Source: Alphaproteobacteria bacterium (GTDB lineage: Bacteria > Pseudomonadota > Alphaproteobacteria > UBA11136). Taken from it: 64,000 nt of DNA. The stretch spans positions 181 to 64,180 of the forward strand of contig JASLYJ010000005.1 in the NCBI GenBank assembly GCA_030739855.1, written 5' to 3'. How positions within the stretch are numbered: position 1 is the stretch's first letter; each line of letters begins with the position of its first letter. A program made the position numbers and the translations under genes. The notes under the pieces were generated by a model. That model was given only the letters and a program-made list of their open reading frames with translations. It was not told the DNA's origin and did not search any database. Below are positions 1-9,583 of this stretch, in pieces.

Positions 1-294
1 GTGCGCTTACGGGAAACTATCACCGGGGTGCTTTCCCATCTCGACATCCGTGTCGGTGATCCCGAGAACAGCGTACCTTTGCGTGCCCATCAAGAAATGC
101 ATCAAAATATCGAAGGTGATATCCAGCCCGGTGAAGAACCGGGACTGCAGCCGCGTTCCAGTACCGTGCTGAAACGGGCAGCTGAAGCAGAAATCGACCG
201 CAATGATCCCGTCACCTGGGGCAAAATTCCCCGCAATACACCCTGTCCTTGCGGCAGCGAAAAAAAATATAAACACTGCCACGGCCGCACATAA
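1..294 (+). CDS. secA: Preprotein translocase SecA, C-terminal end (5' part lies outside the window)
   Basis: The ORF is open from the window edge. It ends ...[24 protein letters not shown], the canonical SecA C-terminal zinc-binding tail. Confidence 0.9.
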   Translation: MRLRETITGVLSHLDIRVGDPENSVPLRAHQEMHQNIEGDIQPGEEPGLQPRSSTVLKRAAEAEIDRNDPVTWGKIPRNTPCPCGSEKKYKHCHGRT

Positions 295-318
295 AGCAGC
301 CTCTACGGACAGAACCGG

Positions 319-1275
319 TTATTCCCCTTCCACGGCACCCATGGCCAGAAATTTCTCTTGGCGGCGGTGGCGCAACGAGGTGGGGTCCATTCCCACAAGC
401 TCCTTCAGCGCTCCTTCCACCGCATCACCGAGGGCGGTAATAGCGGGGCCAGGAAAGCGGTGGGCAGCCCCTACGGGTTCGGGCACCACAGCATCCACTA
501 CACCGAACTTCAGAAGGTCCTGGGCTGTAAGCTTCATGGCTTCGGCGGCGTCCCGGGCCTGATCACCGTTGCGCCACAGGATCGAAGCACAGCCTTCCGG
601 TGAAATCACCGAATAGATGGCGTTTTCAAGCATGAGCACCCTATTGGCGGTGGCCAGGGCAATAGCCCCGCCTGAACCGCCCTCGCCGATTACGGCGCTG
701 ATAAGCGGTACCTTGAGCGCGAGACAGGTTTCTATGGAAGCGGCGATGGCCTCTGCTTGGCCACGCTCCTCAGCGCCGACACCGGGATAAGCGCCAGGTG
801 TATCCACCAGAGTCAGAACCGGCAGGCCGAAATGGTCGGCCATTTTCATCAGTCGGATAGCTTTGCGGTAGCCTTCGGGACGGGCCATACCAAAGTTATG
901 TTGCATACGTGTATTGGTATCCACACCCTTTTCGTGGCCAATAATCATGGCCGTGTGGCCACGGAACCGGCCCAGTCCACCAATGATAGCTTGGTCGTCG
1001 GCGAAGGCACGATCTCCAGCTAGGGGCGTAAAGTCCTCAACTAGACCCTCGATATAGTCGGTGAAATGGGGCCGATCTGGATGACGTGCCACTTGTACTT
1101 TCTGCCAGGACGTGAGTTTTGAATAGATCTGCTTGAGGATCTTGTCAGACTTAGCCTGGAGCCTAGTAATTTCATCGGTGATGTTCACAGCGTCGTCTTC
1201 ACTGAGATGACGCAGGTTTTCAATCTTAGCCTCTAGTTCGGAAAGCGGTTTTTCAAAATCTAGAAAATTATGCAT
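319..1275 (-). CDS. accA: Acetyl-CoA carboxylase carboxyltransferase alpha subunit
   Basis: 318 aa. The N-terminus [22 protein letters not shown] and the motifs [15 protein letters not shown] and DTPGAYPG are typical of AccA. Confidence 0.95.
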   Translation of the reverse strand: MHNFLDFEKPLSELEAKIENLRHLSEDDAVNITDEITRLQAKSDKILKQIYSKLTSWQKVQVARHPDRPHFTDYIEGLVEDFTPLAGDRAFADDQAIIGGLGRFRGHTAMIIGHEKGVDTNTRMQHNFGMARPEGYRKAIRLMKMADHFGLPVLTLVDTPGAYPGVGAEERGQAEAIAASIETCLALKVPLISAVIGEGGSGGAIALATANRVLMLENAIYSVISPEGCASILWRNGDQARDAAEAMKLTAQDLLKFGVVDAVVPEPVGAAHRFPGPAITALGDAVEGALKELVGMDPTSLRHRRQEKFLAMGAVEGE

Positions 1276-1386
1276 TGTGTGCTTCCTGAAGTAGAATCAA
1301 TAGCATAACGGTGATTGCTGTGATGGTGGGGAAAAAGGCGGTAGAATCCCCCGACGCCACCTCATAGAAAATCGCTATGGGGGGGC

Positions 1387-2364
1387 TTAAGTGCCAACGA
1401 TCTGTTTCGCCTTTTCGACCATAACTTCCGCCTGCTTGATAGAGGCGATATCGATAAGCCGACCATCAAGGGTTACTGCGCCCTTGCCGGCCTTTGTGGC
1501 CTCAGCCATAGCGTCAAGGATGCGCTTGGCTTTAGTGACTTCTTCCTCGGTGGGGCTGAAGACCGAATTAGCAAGTTCAATCTGGCTGGGGTGAATAGCC
1601 CATTTGCCCTCGCAGCCTAGCGTCGCGGAACGGTTAGCTTGGGCAGTATAGCCGTCGGCATCGCCGAAATCGCCGAAGGGGCCGTCAATTGGCCGTAAGC
1701 CGTTGGCGCGAGCGGCAACCACCATACGTGCCACCGCGTAATGCCACATGTCACCCCAATGGATGTCTCGGTTGCCATCGTCATCAGGATCAGTGAGGAC
1801 GTGATAGTTGGGGTGGGGGCCACCGATAACGGTGGTCTTGGCCTTGGTGGAGGCGGCATAGTCGGCGACGCCGAAATGCAGGGATTCAAGCCGTTTGCTG
1901 GCGGCGGAAATCTCGTTCACGTTCTGCATCCCCAGCGCGGTCTCGATAATGAGCTCAAAACCAATGCGCTTTTTTGCACCTACAGCATCTTCCACCTGGG
2001 TCACAAGCATATCCACAGCATAAACATCTGAGACCGTGCCAATCTTTGGAATCATGATGAGGTCGAGCTTGTCGGTAGCCTGTTCGATAAGGTCCACCAC
2101 GTCGCGATACATGTAATGGGTATCGAGGCCGTTGATGCGCACCGACAGGGTTTTGCCCTTCCAGTCTATATCGTTGAGAGCTTCGATGATGTTCTTGCGC
2201 GCCTGTTCCTTTTCATCGGGCGCAACGGCATCTTCCAGGTCCAGGAAAATCACATCCACATCGGATAACGCCGCTTTTTCAAATAAGTCGGGATTACTAC
2301 CCGGCACGGCTAGTTCACTGCGGTTTAGACGCGCAGGTGCTTGCTCAATAATATGAAAGCTCAT
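1387..2364 (-). CDS. mcl: L-malyl-CoA/beta-methylmalyl-CoA lyase (HpcH/HpaI aldolase-citrate lyase beta family)
   Basis: 325 aa. By recall it is near-collinear with the serine-cycle MclA of methylotrophs (MSF..I.QA.ARL.RSELAVPGSNP, DVIFLDLEDAVAPD.KEQARKNIIEALND, GKWAIHPSQI). Confidence 0.85.
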   Translation of the reverse strand: MSFHIIEQAPARLNRSELAVPGSNPDLFEKAALSDVDVIFLDLEDAVAPDEKEQARKNIIEALNDIDWKGKTLSVRINGLDTHYMYRDVVDLIEQATDKLDLIMIPKIGTVSDVYAVDMLVTQVEDAVGAKKRIGFELIIETALGMQNVNEISAASKRLESLHFGVADYAASTKAKTTVIGGPHPNYHVLTDPDDDGNRDIHWGDMWHYAVARMVVAARANGLRPIDGPFGDFGDADGYTAQANRSATLGCEGKWAIHPSQIELANSVFSPTEEEVTKAKRILDAMAEATKAGKGAVTLDGRLIDIASIKQAEVMVEKAKQIVGT

Positions 2365-2460
2365 TCTTGCCTCATTAGCGAAAGGATGGCTGGGTGAAAC
2401 GGTTTTTCAGGAAAAAGGGGCCTAAAAGGAAGGGGAACATGATTGAACGACCTACAAAAG

Positions 2461-3627
2461 TCAACGAGAGGACGATTTTTTGGCCTTGTCATCATAGAAC
2501 TCCGATAGCGGGTGATGCTCTTCAACCAAGGATTTAAGGCGCTTGTCCTGAACATAGGTGTAAATTTGGGTGGTGGTGATATCGGCGTGTCCCAGCATTT
2601 TTTGAACACTGCGCAAATCGGCGTCATGATTGAGAAGGTGGGTTGCAAAGGCATGTCGAAGTATATGGGGATATACCCGGCTTGCGTCCATATTCGCATC
2701 CATCACCAACTGTTTTAATATCTGGGCAAAACGTTGGCGGGTGAGCTGGCCGCTAGCTGAACGGGAGGGAAAGAGCCAGGGAGAGGACGAGGCTGAACCT
2801 TCGCCTTTACCCCCCGGCAAGAAGGTATCCCGCACCATAAGATAGTCGGCCAGAGCCTCGCCTGCGGGATCACTCAGGGGAACCATGCGCTCCCGATCAC
2901 CCTTGCCACGCACGAGAAGAAGAGAAAGATCCCGTTCCGGTGCCGACAGGGGAAGCCCCACCAGTTCCGAAACGCGCAGGCCGGTAGCGTAGAGAATCTC
3001 AAGAAGGGCAATAAGGCGGATATCCCTGGCAACGCCACCAGCCAGCTTGGCTAGCTGTTTCTGCAGCTTTTTGCGGTCATAATCAGAGGAAGTTTTCTCG
3101 ATCTGCTGACGGATATGGCCATAACGGGCCTTGCCTTCCGTGACATGTCGGTGGGCAAGATCGAGAAGTTTTTCCACTTCTTCCTCGCTCAACACTTTCG
3201 GTAGAACCCGCCCCTGGCGGGGACTATCCACCGCGGAACTAAGGTCGTCCTGTAGAACGGGATTATCTTGGCGATGGCCCTGGCTAAAGAGAAACCAGAA
3301 GAACTGTCGTATTGCAGAAAGGCGGCGAGCGGTGGTGCGTGGCGCCATGCCGAGATCCACCTGTTTTGCAAGATAATCCCGTATAGCCTGCGTATCGGCA
3401 GATTCTAAAGTTTCCCCTCGAGCTTTCAGAAACTCTTCGAACTGGGTCAGGTCGTTGGAATAAGCATCAAGTGTATTACTTGAAAGCCCTCTTTCAGCTA
3501 CCAGCATTTCGAGGAAAGATTCCACATGGCGGGAGACGAGCGTTTTTTTCTTGGGGGATTTCCTGGCGATAAGTTTCTTCTCGGAAGCCTTTTTTTTAGG
3601 ATTAGTGGCATCGAATCGTCTGTCCAT
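2461..3627 (-). CDS. xerD: Tyrosine recombinase XerD with a Lys-rich N-terminal extension and an internal 35-aa GroEL-like insertion
   Basis: Motifs seen: LSSNTLDAYSNDL, ILYATGLRVSELVGL, HILRHAFATHLL, LGHADITTTQIYTYV. The start is placed at ATG 3627, the first ATG after the upstream gene's stop at 3650. The tracked ORF extends to 3690. Confidence 0.85.
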   Translation of the reverse strand: MDRRFDATNPKKKASEKKLIARKSPKKKTLVSRHVESFLEMLVAERGLSSNTLDAYSNDLTQFEEFLKARGETLESADTQAIRDYLAKQVDLGMAPRTTARRLSAIRQFFWFLFSQGHRQDNPVLQDDLSSAVDSPRQGRVLPKVLSEEEVEKLLDLAHRHVTEGKARYGHIRQQIEKTSSDYDRKKLQKQLAKLAGGVARDIRLIALLEILYATGLRVSELVGLPLSAPERDLSLLLVRGKGDRERMVPLSDPAGEALADYLMVRDTFLPGGKGEGSASSSPWLFPSRSASGQLTRQRFAQILKQLVMDANMDASRVYPHILRHAFATHLLNHDADLRSVQKMLGHADITTTQIYTYVQDKRLKSLVEEHHPLSEFYDDKAKKSSSR

Positions 3628-3649
3628 GACACTGCTCGCGTTATCCGCC

Positions 3650-5599
3650 TCAGAGCCCAGCGGCAATGGCGGCTTCCAAGGCCAGGGCACGGGCCTCTTT
3701 ATCGAGCCCTACTAGACGCAGGTGGCTAATAATCTCGTTCAAAGTGATAGGATGAACCAAGCTCAGGTCACCGCTCCCGAGAGCAACCAGAGAAAAAAGA
3801 ATGGTTTCCCCCAGACGCAGTTCCTCCGCAGCCATCCGGAGACCATACCACAGAACAGGGGACGGCAGGGACAGATCGGGAAGCGAGACACTTTTCTGTG
3901 CCTCCTCCTTTTCGCCAAGAGCCTTTTGGAAACGGTCTTCCCAAACAGAAATGTCTACCGGCTTTCCCACAGAATCGAGGAGGCCTAGAAGCATATCTCC
4001 ACGGTATCTCGCCACCGATTCTGCATTCTTGATCCCGGCCGAGGGGTCGTCGCCATCTTCATCAGACGACATTAAAACTACTACGCCTTGTTTCACCCAG
4101 GCCTTGGTCATAGCTCCATCTAGAGGGGTGGGTTCATCAGGATTGGAGAGCTGGATCAAAGGCCATAAGCGCGCCGTTACTTGCCTCGCCTCTGGAAGGC
4201 CAGGAGCTTCTCGTTCTGCCAAGTCGTACCAATCCATAGCCTGTTCCAAGGCCCCGGTGAAAATTAGGACCCGTCCTGCCTCCTCTGCGAACCATATGAG
4301 TTCGGCAGCGGGGGCTATGTCGATCAGAATCGGAGAAATGACACGTGCCGCAGTCTCGTAGAGATCTCCATTCCTTGCCGATTCCAGAAAGGTCAGAAGC
4401 ACCTCGGCACGGGCAGTCGGCACATCCTGAACCTTAGCCGTGCGCAACAGCAATGCCCGGCCCCGGGGCCCGTCAATGGCTTCGGCCGTGGTCAGGGCGG
4501 ATTCCAGTTCTTCGGAGGTAAATTCAATGCTGGCGTAAATCTGGCGCAGAGATTCCGTGGACAGGACGCCCGCCGATTCGGCCTTCTCGGCCGCGGTAAG
4601 ACGGATTTCCGGGTCGGCATTGGGACTGATGGCAATAGCGGCCAAAAGGGCCGGATTTTGTGTTTGTGTGACATCACCGGGCAATCTCAGATTTCCCGCC
4701 CGCGCTATGGCCAATTGCAGGGCCGTGGGATAGGAAAGACTGTTGATCTCCCCTTCCCATTCCCCGAGAAGGGAACCGACGAGTCTGAAAAATACCGAGT
4801 CCGCATCCATCCCCTGTTCCCGCATCAGGTTGACACCCAAGGCCGCACGGGCATTTTCGCCATTTAGTACCTGGCAAAAAATCAGGCCTTTCTGCCAGAA
4901 GGAATCCTGTGATTTACGTACGGCCACCATGATATGGGGACAGGCCTCGGCGCTGTCATTGACAAGAAACAGATTGTTCACCTGGGCCCTGAGAAGAGCT
5001 TCGTCATCAAGATGTACTGGCGCCACCCCGAGTAATGATTCAACGGCTTCCGTGTCGCCCATGGCCATAAGGCGAGCAATGCGAAGAGCCATGAGACTCA
5101 CCCCTTCAGACACCCCATACGGCGCTGTAGCATTCGACAACAGGAGGCGCCGCATAAGATCCCGCATGGTCCGGGAATGAGTCGTGACGGGAAGTTTCGG
5201 CAATAACCATTCGACGGTTTGACGATTGCTTCCACTCCACATTTCTGTGCCGAACCCGCCCTGTTCCACATCCCAAATACCTACGGAATCAGGATCAATG
5301 GTCTGAAGCATGTCTGTTTCGATATGGGCTCCTGATTCCACGTCGGTGACAGAAGCAGGTTCCGTTCTCTTCGGAAGCGGCAAACCCGCCCCTCCCGCAG
5401 GCTTTTCTCCATCCGAGGATGGTGTAAGTACTACCGGTGGCCGCGACTGAGGCGAAAAGACTGGATCGGACCGCGCCTCACGAGCGGCGACAAATCCTGT
5501 ATACGACATGGAGAACACAAGAGAACTAGCCACCAGAAGCCTGATGGCGGAGAAAGCATCTCCGTTTTTCCATGAAGCATCAGCGTGGAAATTTTTCAT
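3650..5599 (-). CDS. Hypothetical exported protein, 649 aa, Ala/Leu-rich helical-repeat-like
   Basis: Long ORF with a hydrophobic N-terminal segment (IRLLVASSLVFSMSYTGFVAA). No family was recognised by eye. It sits between xerD and aroK. Confidence 0.6.
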   Translation of the reverse strand: MKNFHADASWKNGDAFSAIRLLVASSLVFSMSYTGFVAAREARSDPVFSPQSRPPVVLTPSSDGEKPAGGAGLPLPKRTEPASVTDVESGAHIETDMLQTIDPDSVGIWDVEQGGFGTEMWSGSNRQTVEWLLPKLPVTTHSRTMRDLMRRLLLSNATAPYGVSEGVSLMALRIARLMAMGDTEAVESLLGVAPVHLDDEALLRAQVNNLFLVNDSAEACPHIMVAVRKSQDSFWQKGLIFCQVLNGENARAALGVNLMREQGMDADSVFFRLVGSLLGEWEGEINSLSYPTALQLAIARAGNLRLPGDVTQTQNPALLAAIAISPNADPEIRLTAAEKAESAGVLSTESLRQIYASIEFTSEELESALTTAEAIDGPRGRALLLRTAKVQDVPTARAEVLLTFLESARNGDLYETAARVISPILIDIAPAAELIWFAEEAGRVLIFTGALEQAMDWYDLAEREAPGLPEARQVTARLWPLIQLSNPDEPTPLDGAMTKAWVKQGVVVLMSSDEDGDDPSAGIKNAESVARYRGDMLLGLLDSVGKPVDISVWEDRFQKALGEKEEAQKSVSLPDLSLPSPVLWYGLRMAAEELRLGETILFSLVALGSGDLSLVHPITLNEIISHLRLVGLDKEARALALEAAIAAGL

Positions 5600-5720
5600 C
5601 TGGAATCACTTTTTCGACTGGCGCGGAGGGTGCGGGAATGTTCCATGTGCTCAGAAAAGCAACACCAGCGATGAAGCCAGCAAATAACATAATAATCAAT
5701 AAACGGGTAATGTTTCGCAT
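5580..5720 (-). CDS. Small single-pass membrane protein (46 aa), possibly translationally coupled to the 649-aa protein
   Basis: An internal ATG at 5720 gives MRNITRLLIIMLFAGFIAGVAFLSTWNIP... with one clear transmembrane helix. Its 3' end overlaps the downstream start by 20 nt. The longer 107-aa version has no convincing N-terminus. Confidence 0.4.
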   Translation of the reverse strand: MRNITRLLIIMLFAGFIAGVAFLSTWNIPAPSAPVEKVIPDEKFPR

Positions 5721-5955
5721 AGTTTCAAATGTAGCCGGGTAATGATTGCAGAGAAAATAAGCCCTTCCTTCTTCCGCTTGTCCGACAAAGGAGAACTGGT
5801 GCCACATGCAATTGTGTGTGATAAGCTTCGAGTGTGGCGATAATGCGGCAAGTTGAGGAGGACATCTACAGTGTTTTTTCAGCTCGTCGCCCTGTTTCTT
5901 CATAGTCCCGGCTGTAGTTTGACCGGGCGCCGGCAGACCGAACGCTTACCCGTAG

Positions 5956-6516
5956 ATGACCCCGCCAAAACCTATTCTCTCGCTCAACAAAACTATTGTG
6001 CTTACTGGAATGATGGGCGCGGGGAAAACATGTATCGGACGAAGACTCGCTGAAAAGCTTGGTCTCCCCTTCGTCGATGCCGACGTCCAAATCACTGAGG
6101 CGGCGGGTTGCGGCATCTCCGAAATTTTTAAGCGTCATGGAGAAGAGGCCTTCCGGGATGGCGAACGTCGCGTGATCTCCCGCCTTCTCGGTGAACCCAT
6201 CCATGTGCTTTCCATTGGTGGCGGCGCCTCCATGGACCCCAAAACACGCGCGCTGATTGCCGAACAATCGGTTTCGGTATGGCTACGTGCTGATATCGAG
6301 CTGTTACTGAGCCGGGTTCTCCGGCACGACACTCGCCCCTTGCTGGGAAAGGGGGACCCTCGCGAGATTTTAGAAAAACTAATTGAAGAACGTTATCCGG
6401 TTTATGCTCAGGCTGATGTCATTGTTGATTCCGTCGATGCACCACCCGAAATTACCGTGGAAAAAACATGTAAGGCCCTAGCGGCATATTTAAACGATAA
6501 TCCATCTTCATCCTGA
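5956..6516 (+). CDS. aroK: Shikimate kinase
   Basis: P-loop LTGMMGAGKTCIGRRLAEKLGLPFVDAD, followed by aroB. Confidence 0.9.
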   Translation: MTPPKPILSLNKTIVLTGMMGAGKTCIGRRLAEKLGLPFVDADVQITEAAGCGISEIFKRHGEEAFRDGERRVISRLLGEPIHVLSIGGGASMDPKTRALIAEQSVSVWLRADIELLLSRVLRHDTRPLLGKGDPREILEKLIEERYPVYAQADVIVDSVDAPPEITVEKTCKALAAYLNDNPSSS

Positions 6517-6524
6517 AAGGCATC

Positions 6525-7640
6525 ATGAGCTACATAAATCGAGTTCCGGTCGAGCTAGGAAAACGCAGTTACGACATTCTTGTAGGCATTGGTCTTCTGC
6601 AACAAGCTGGGGAAGAGCTATTGCCGATCCTCAGACAGCCGAGGGTTGCCATCATCACGGACGACAACGTTGCTCCTCTCTACCTTGAAACACTGGAGAC
6701 ATCCCTCTCCGCTGCCGGGATCAACCATTCACACACCATTCTGCCCCATGGCGAACAAACTAAAGACTTCACCTGTCTGCAGCGGCTTGTGGAACAGCTT
6801 CTTAAAAACAAGATGGAACGCGGGACTGCACTAATCGCCCTTGGTGGCGGCGTTATCGGCGATATCACAGGATTTGCCGCAAGCATCGTTCTGCGTGGCA
6901 TTGATTTCATTCAGGTACCTACCACGCTACTTTCTCAAGTTGACAGTTCCGTGGGGGGAAAGACGGGGATCAACTCCCCCCATGGAAAGAATCTCATCGG
7001 GAGCTTTTACCAGCCCCGTCTGGTTCTCGCTGATATAGGTACCTTGGACACACTTCCGCAGCGGGAACTCCTCGCAGGCTATGCCGAAACGGTGAAATAC
7101 GGGTTAATCAATGATTCCGACTTTTTTGCCTGGCTCGAAGAACAGGGCCCAGCCCTATGCAAAGGCGACCAAGCCTTGCGCCAAGAAGTCGTTGTTAGGA
7201 GTTGCCGAGCGAAAGCGGTTATTGTTGCCACCGATGAAAGGGAAGTCGGTGCACGGGCTCTTCTCAATCTCGGTCATACCTTCGCCCACGCCCTGGAGGC
7301 CGAAACCGGATACGGTGATTCCCTCATTCACGGCGAAGCGGTGGCAATTGGCATTAAGCTTGCCTTCGACCTTTCGTCGCACCTTAAACTATGCCCGAAA
7401 CAGGAATGTGAACGCGTGGCCCATCATTTCGAAACGGTGGGGCTTCCCACAAAGCTAAGGGAAATTGCTGGACCGGATTGGACACCGCAGACGTTGGTAA
7501 ACCACATGACGCGAGATAAAAAGGTCCGAAACGAAAAAATTACTTTTGTCCTTACGAATGGCATTGGTAAGGCCTTCCTGACTTCCGACGTCAGTATGGA
7601 TGCGCTTGAAAGCACCTTGCAGGACGCTCTTTCCCAGTGA
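6525..7640 (+). CDS. aroB: 3-dehydroquinate synthase
   Basis: 371 aa with motifs GGGVIGDITGFAAS, VPTTLLSQVDSSVGGKTGIN and LNLGHTFAHALE. Confidence 0.95.
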   Translation: MSYINRVPVELGKRSYDILVGIGLLQQAGEELLPILRQPRVAIITDDNVAPLYLETLETSLSAAGINHSHTILPHGEQTKDFTCLQRLVEQLLKNKMERGTALIALGGGVIGDITGFAASIVLRGIDFIQVPTTLLSQVDSSVGGKTGINSPHGKNLIGSFYQPRLVLADIGTLDTLPQRELLAGYAETVKYGLINDSDFFAWLEEQGPALCKGDQALRQEVVVRSCRAKAVIVATDEREVGARALLNLGHTFAHALEAETGYGDSLIHGEAVAIGIKLAFDLSSHLKLCPKQECERVAHHFETVGLPTKLREIAGPDWTPQTLVNHMTRDKKVRNEKITFVLTNGIGKAFLTSDVSMDALESTLQDALSQ

Positions 7641-7718
7641 GAGCGCCTGTGTTCCAGATACCCGCGGTCAGGCCAGGAACCGTCGCCACCAGCCTGCTGA
7701 ATACGTAAGGTCCAAATC

Positions 7719-9005
7719 ATGGATACGGAAATCTGGATCACAATCGGCGCGATTTTTCTTCTGCTTCTACTTTCGGCTTTCTTTTCAGGATCCGAAACGG
7801 CGCTGACGGCGGTATCACGGCCGCGCATGCACCATCTCTTGAAGACGGGCAACAAACGAGCGGGAACCATCCAGAAACTTCACGCACGCATGGAGCGTCT
7901 GATCGGCACCATCCTGTTGGCAAACAATCTTGTTAACATTCTGGCGTCGGCCTTAGCTACAAGCCTGCTGATCGGTTTTTTCGGCGACACCGGTGTTGCC
8001 TACGCTACCCTTGTCATGACGGTCCTAGTCTTGATTTTCGCTGAGGTCTTGCCCAAGACTTACGCCATCAACAACGCGGATCGCACCGCCCTTGCCGTAG
8101 CTCCGGTAGTGCGCCTCCTAGTGTCAGTGTTATCCCCCATTTCCGATATCGTACAGGTGGTGGTGCGAACCACTTTGCGTATGTTTGGGGTAAGTACTAA
8201 AAGCAATATTGGCTCCATCACCGACGATGAACTACGAGGCGCTATCGACCTTCACGCAGAAAGCAGCGCCACCGACAATCAGGAGCGCGCCATGTTGCGT
8301 AGCATCCTTGACCTCGACCACGTGGAAATTGGGGAAATTATGATCCATCGCAAGGATATCTTCACGGTAGATGCTGATCTTCCCTCAGCCACCATCCTCG
8401 AACAGATCGTCGCCAGCCCCTATACCCGCATTCCCATGTGGAGTAAGGAGCCCGATAATATTATTGGTGTCTTGCACGCCAAGACACTGCTTTCCGCCGT
8501 CAAACCTTCAGCTACGGCAAAGGAGGGGCTGAACATGGCTAACCTTGCAGCAAAACCATGGTTCGTTCCCGAATCTACCACCTTGTTGCAACAGCTGCAT
8601 GTTTTCCGGAAGAAACGGGAACATTTCGCGCTTGTGGTGGACGAATACGGTGCCCTGATGGGTATTGTGACTTTAGAGGATATCCTTGAAGAAATCGTCG
8701 GGGACATCACCGATGAGTTTGACGTAAATGTTCCCGGCGTGCGCCACCAGGATGACGGTTCTTTCATTATCAATGGTGGTGTGACCATTCGTGATCTAAA
8801 CAGGCAATTCGACTGGCACCTGCCTGACGATGAGGCGGCAACTCTGGCCGGTCTGGTCCTTCATGAATCCCGTCGCATTCCAAATATAGGCCAGGTTTTT
8901 AATTTTTATGACTTTAGGTTTGAGATTCTGCGCCGCAAGAAAAACCAGGTTACCTCTATCCGTCTTTCGCCTCCCAGAGAGAAAAAGGTCGAACCCGTAC
9001 CATGA
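7719..9005 (+). CDS. HlyC/CorC (CNNM/TlyC) family transporter: DUF21 membrane domain, CBS pair and CorC_HlyC C-terminal domain
   Basis: N-terminal membrane region with SGSETALTAVSR, a central CBS-type region and a C-terminal ...LEDILEEIVGDITDEFD motif. Confidence 0.85.
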   Translation: MDTEIWITIGAIFLLLLLSAFFSGSETALTAVSRPRMHHLLKTGNKRAGTIQKLHARMERLIGTILLANNLVNILASALATSLLIGFFGDTGVAYATLVMTVLVLIFAEVLPKTYAINNADRTALAVAPVVRLLVSVLSPISDIVQVVVRTTLRMFGVSTKSNIGSITDDELRGAIDLHAESSATDNQERAMLRSILDLDHVEIGEIMIHRKDIFTVDADLPSATILEQIVASPYTRIPMWSKEPDNIIGVLHAKTLLSAVKPSATAKEGLNMANLAAKPWFVPESTTLLQQLHVFRKKREHFALVVDEYGALMGIVTLEDILEEIVGDITDEFDVNVPGVRHQDDGSFIINGGVTIRDLNRQFDWHLPDDEAATLAGLVLHESRRIPNIGQVFNFYDFRFEILRRKKNQVTSIRLSPPREKKVEPVP

Positions 9006-9139
9006 AAAACCTGCTCCTATTTAGACGTGACAAACCCTGTAGAACCATAGCACTTGACCAATGTCGTCTGCGACTGCGAGAGTTAACAATCCTATACCAT
9101 GATTACAGAACATGAGAATAAGGGGAGGAGAGAGGCGAC

Positions 9140-9583
9140 ATGCCGATGAAAATTATTCCTGATGTCGTCAATAATCAGAAAATTCAATGTGTTACGGGCT
9201 CCACAACCGTACAAGAAGCAGCCAAGATCTTAGCCAAATATCATATTGGCGCCCTTCTTGTGACCAAACGTAACAGACTGGAAGGTATTTTTACGGAGCG
9301 CGATCTTTCCGCAAGAATCGTGGCCCAAGGAAAGGACCCAGAAAAGACCAAAGTATTCGAGGTCATGACGGAGAATCCTGAAACCGTTGGTCCGGATGAC
9401 CTGGCTATAAGCGTGCTTCAGAAAATGTGTAACAGGGGTTTCCGCCATCTTCCTGTAGTGGACAAGGACAAGATCGTCGGGATGGTTTCGGTGCGCGACC
9501 TTTATGCCTCTGCCAAATCCCAGCTTGAAGACGACCTAAAGGATCGCGACGCCTTTATCTTCGGGGCGGGATACGGCGGTTAG
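9140..9583 (+). CDS. CBS-domain pair protein
   Basis: 147 aa with two CBS-like repeats (HIGALLVT..., FRHLPVVDKDKIVGMVSVRDL). A strong RBS (aaggggaggagagagg) lies upstream. Confidence 0.8.
   Translation: MPMKIIPDVVNNQKIQCVTGSTTVQEAAKILAKYHIGALLVTKRNRLEGIFTERDLSARIVAQGKDPEKTKVFEVMTENPETVGPDDLAISVLQKMCNRGFRHLPVVDKDKIVGMVSVRDLYASAKSQLEDDLKDRDAFIFGAGYGG

Noticed and set aside
3028-3132. The groEL-like patch in xerD as an assembly or chimeric-read artefact.
   Set aside because: The two copies differ at 16 of 105 positions, the patch is in frame, and it is bounded by genuine XerD sequence on both sides. A misassembly would give identical sequence and broken frames.
2461-3627. The tyrosine recombinase as a marker of an integrated mobile element.
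   Set aside because: The motifs and the accA-xerD-aroK-aroB synteny identify it as the housekeeping XerD. No att-like repeats, tRNA target or phage/IS genes flank it.
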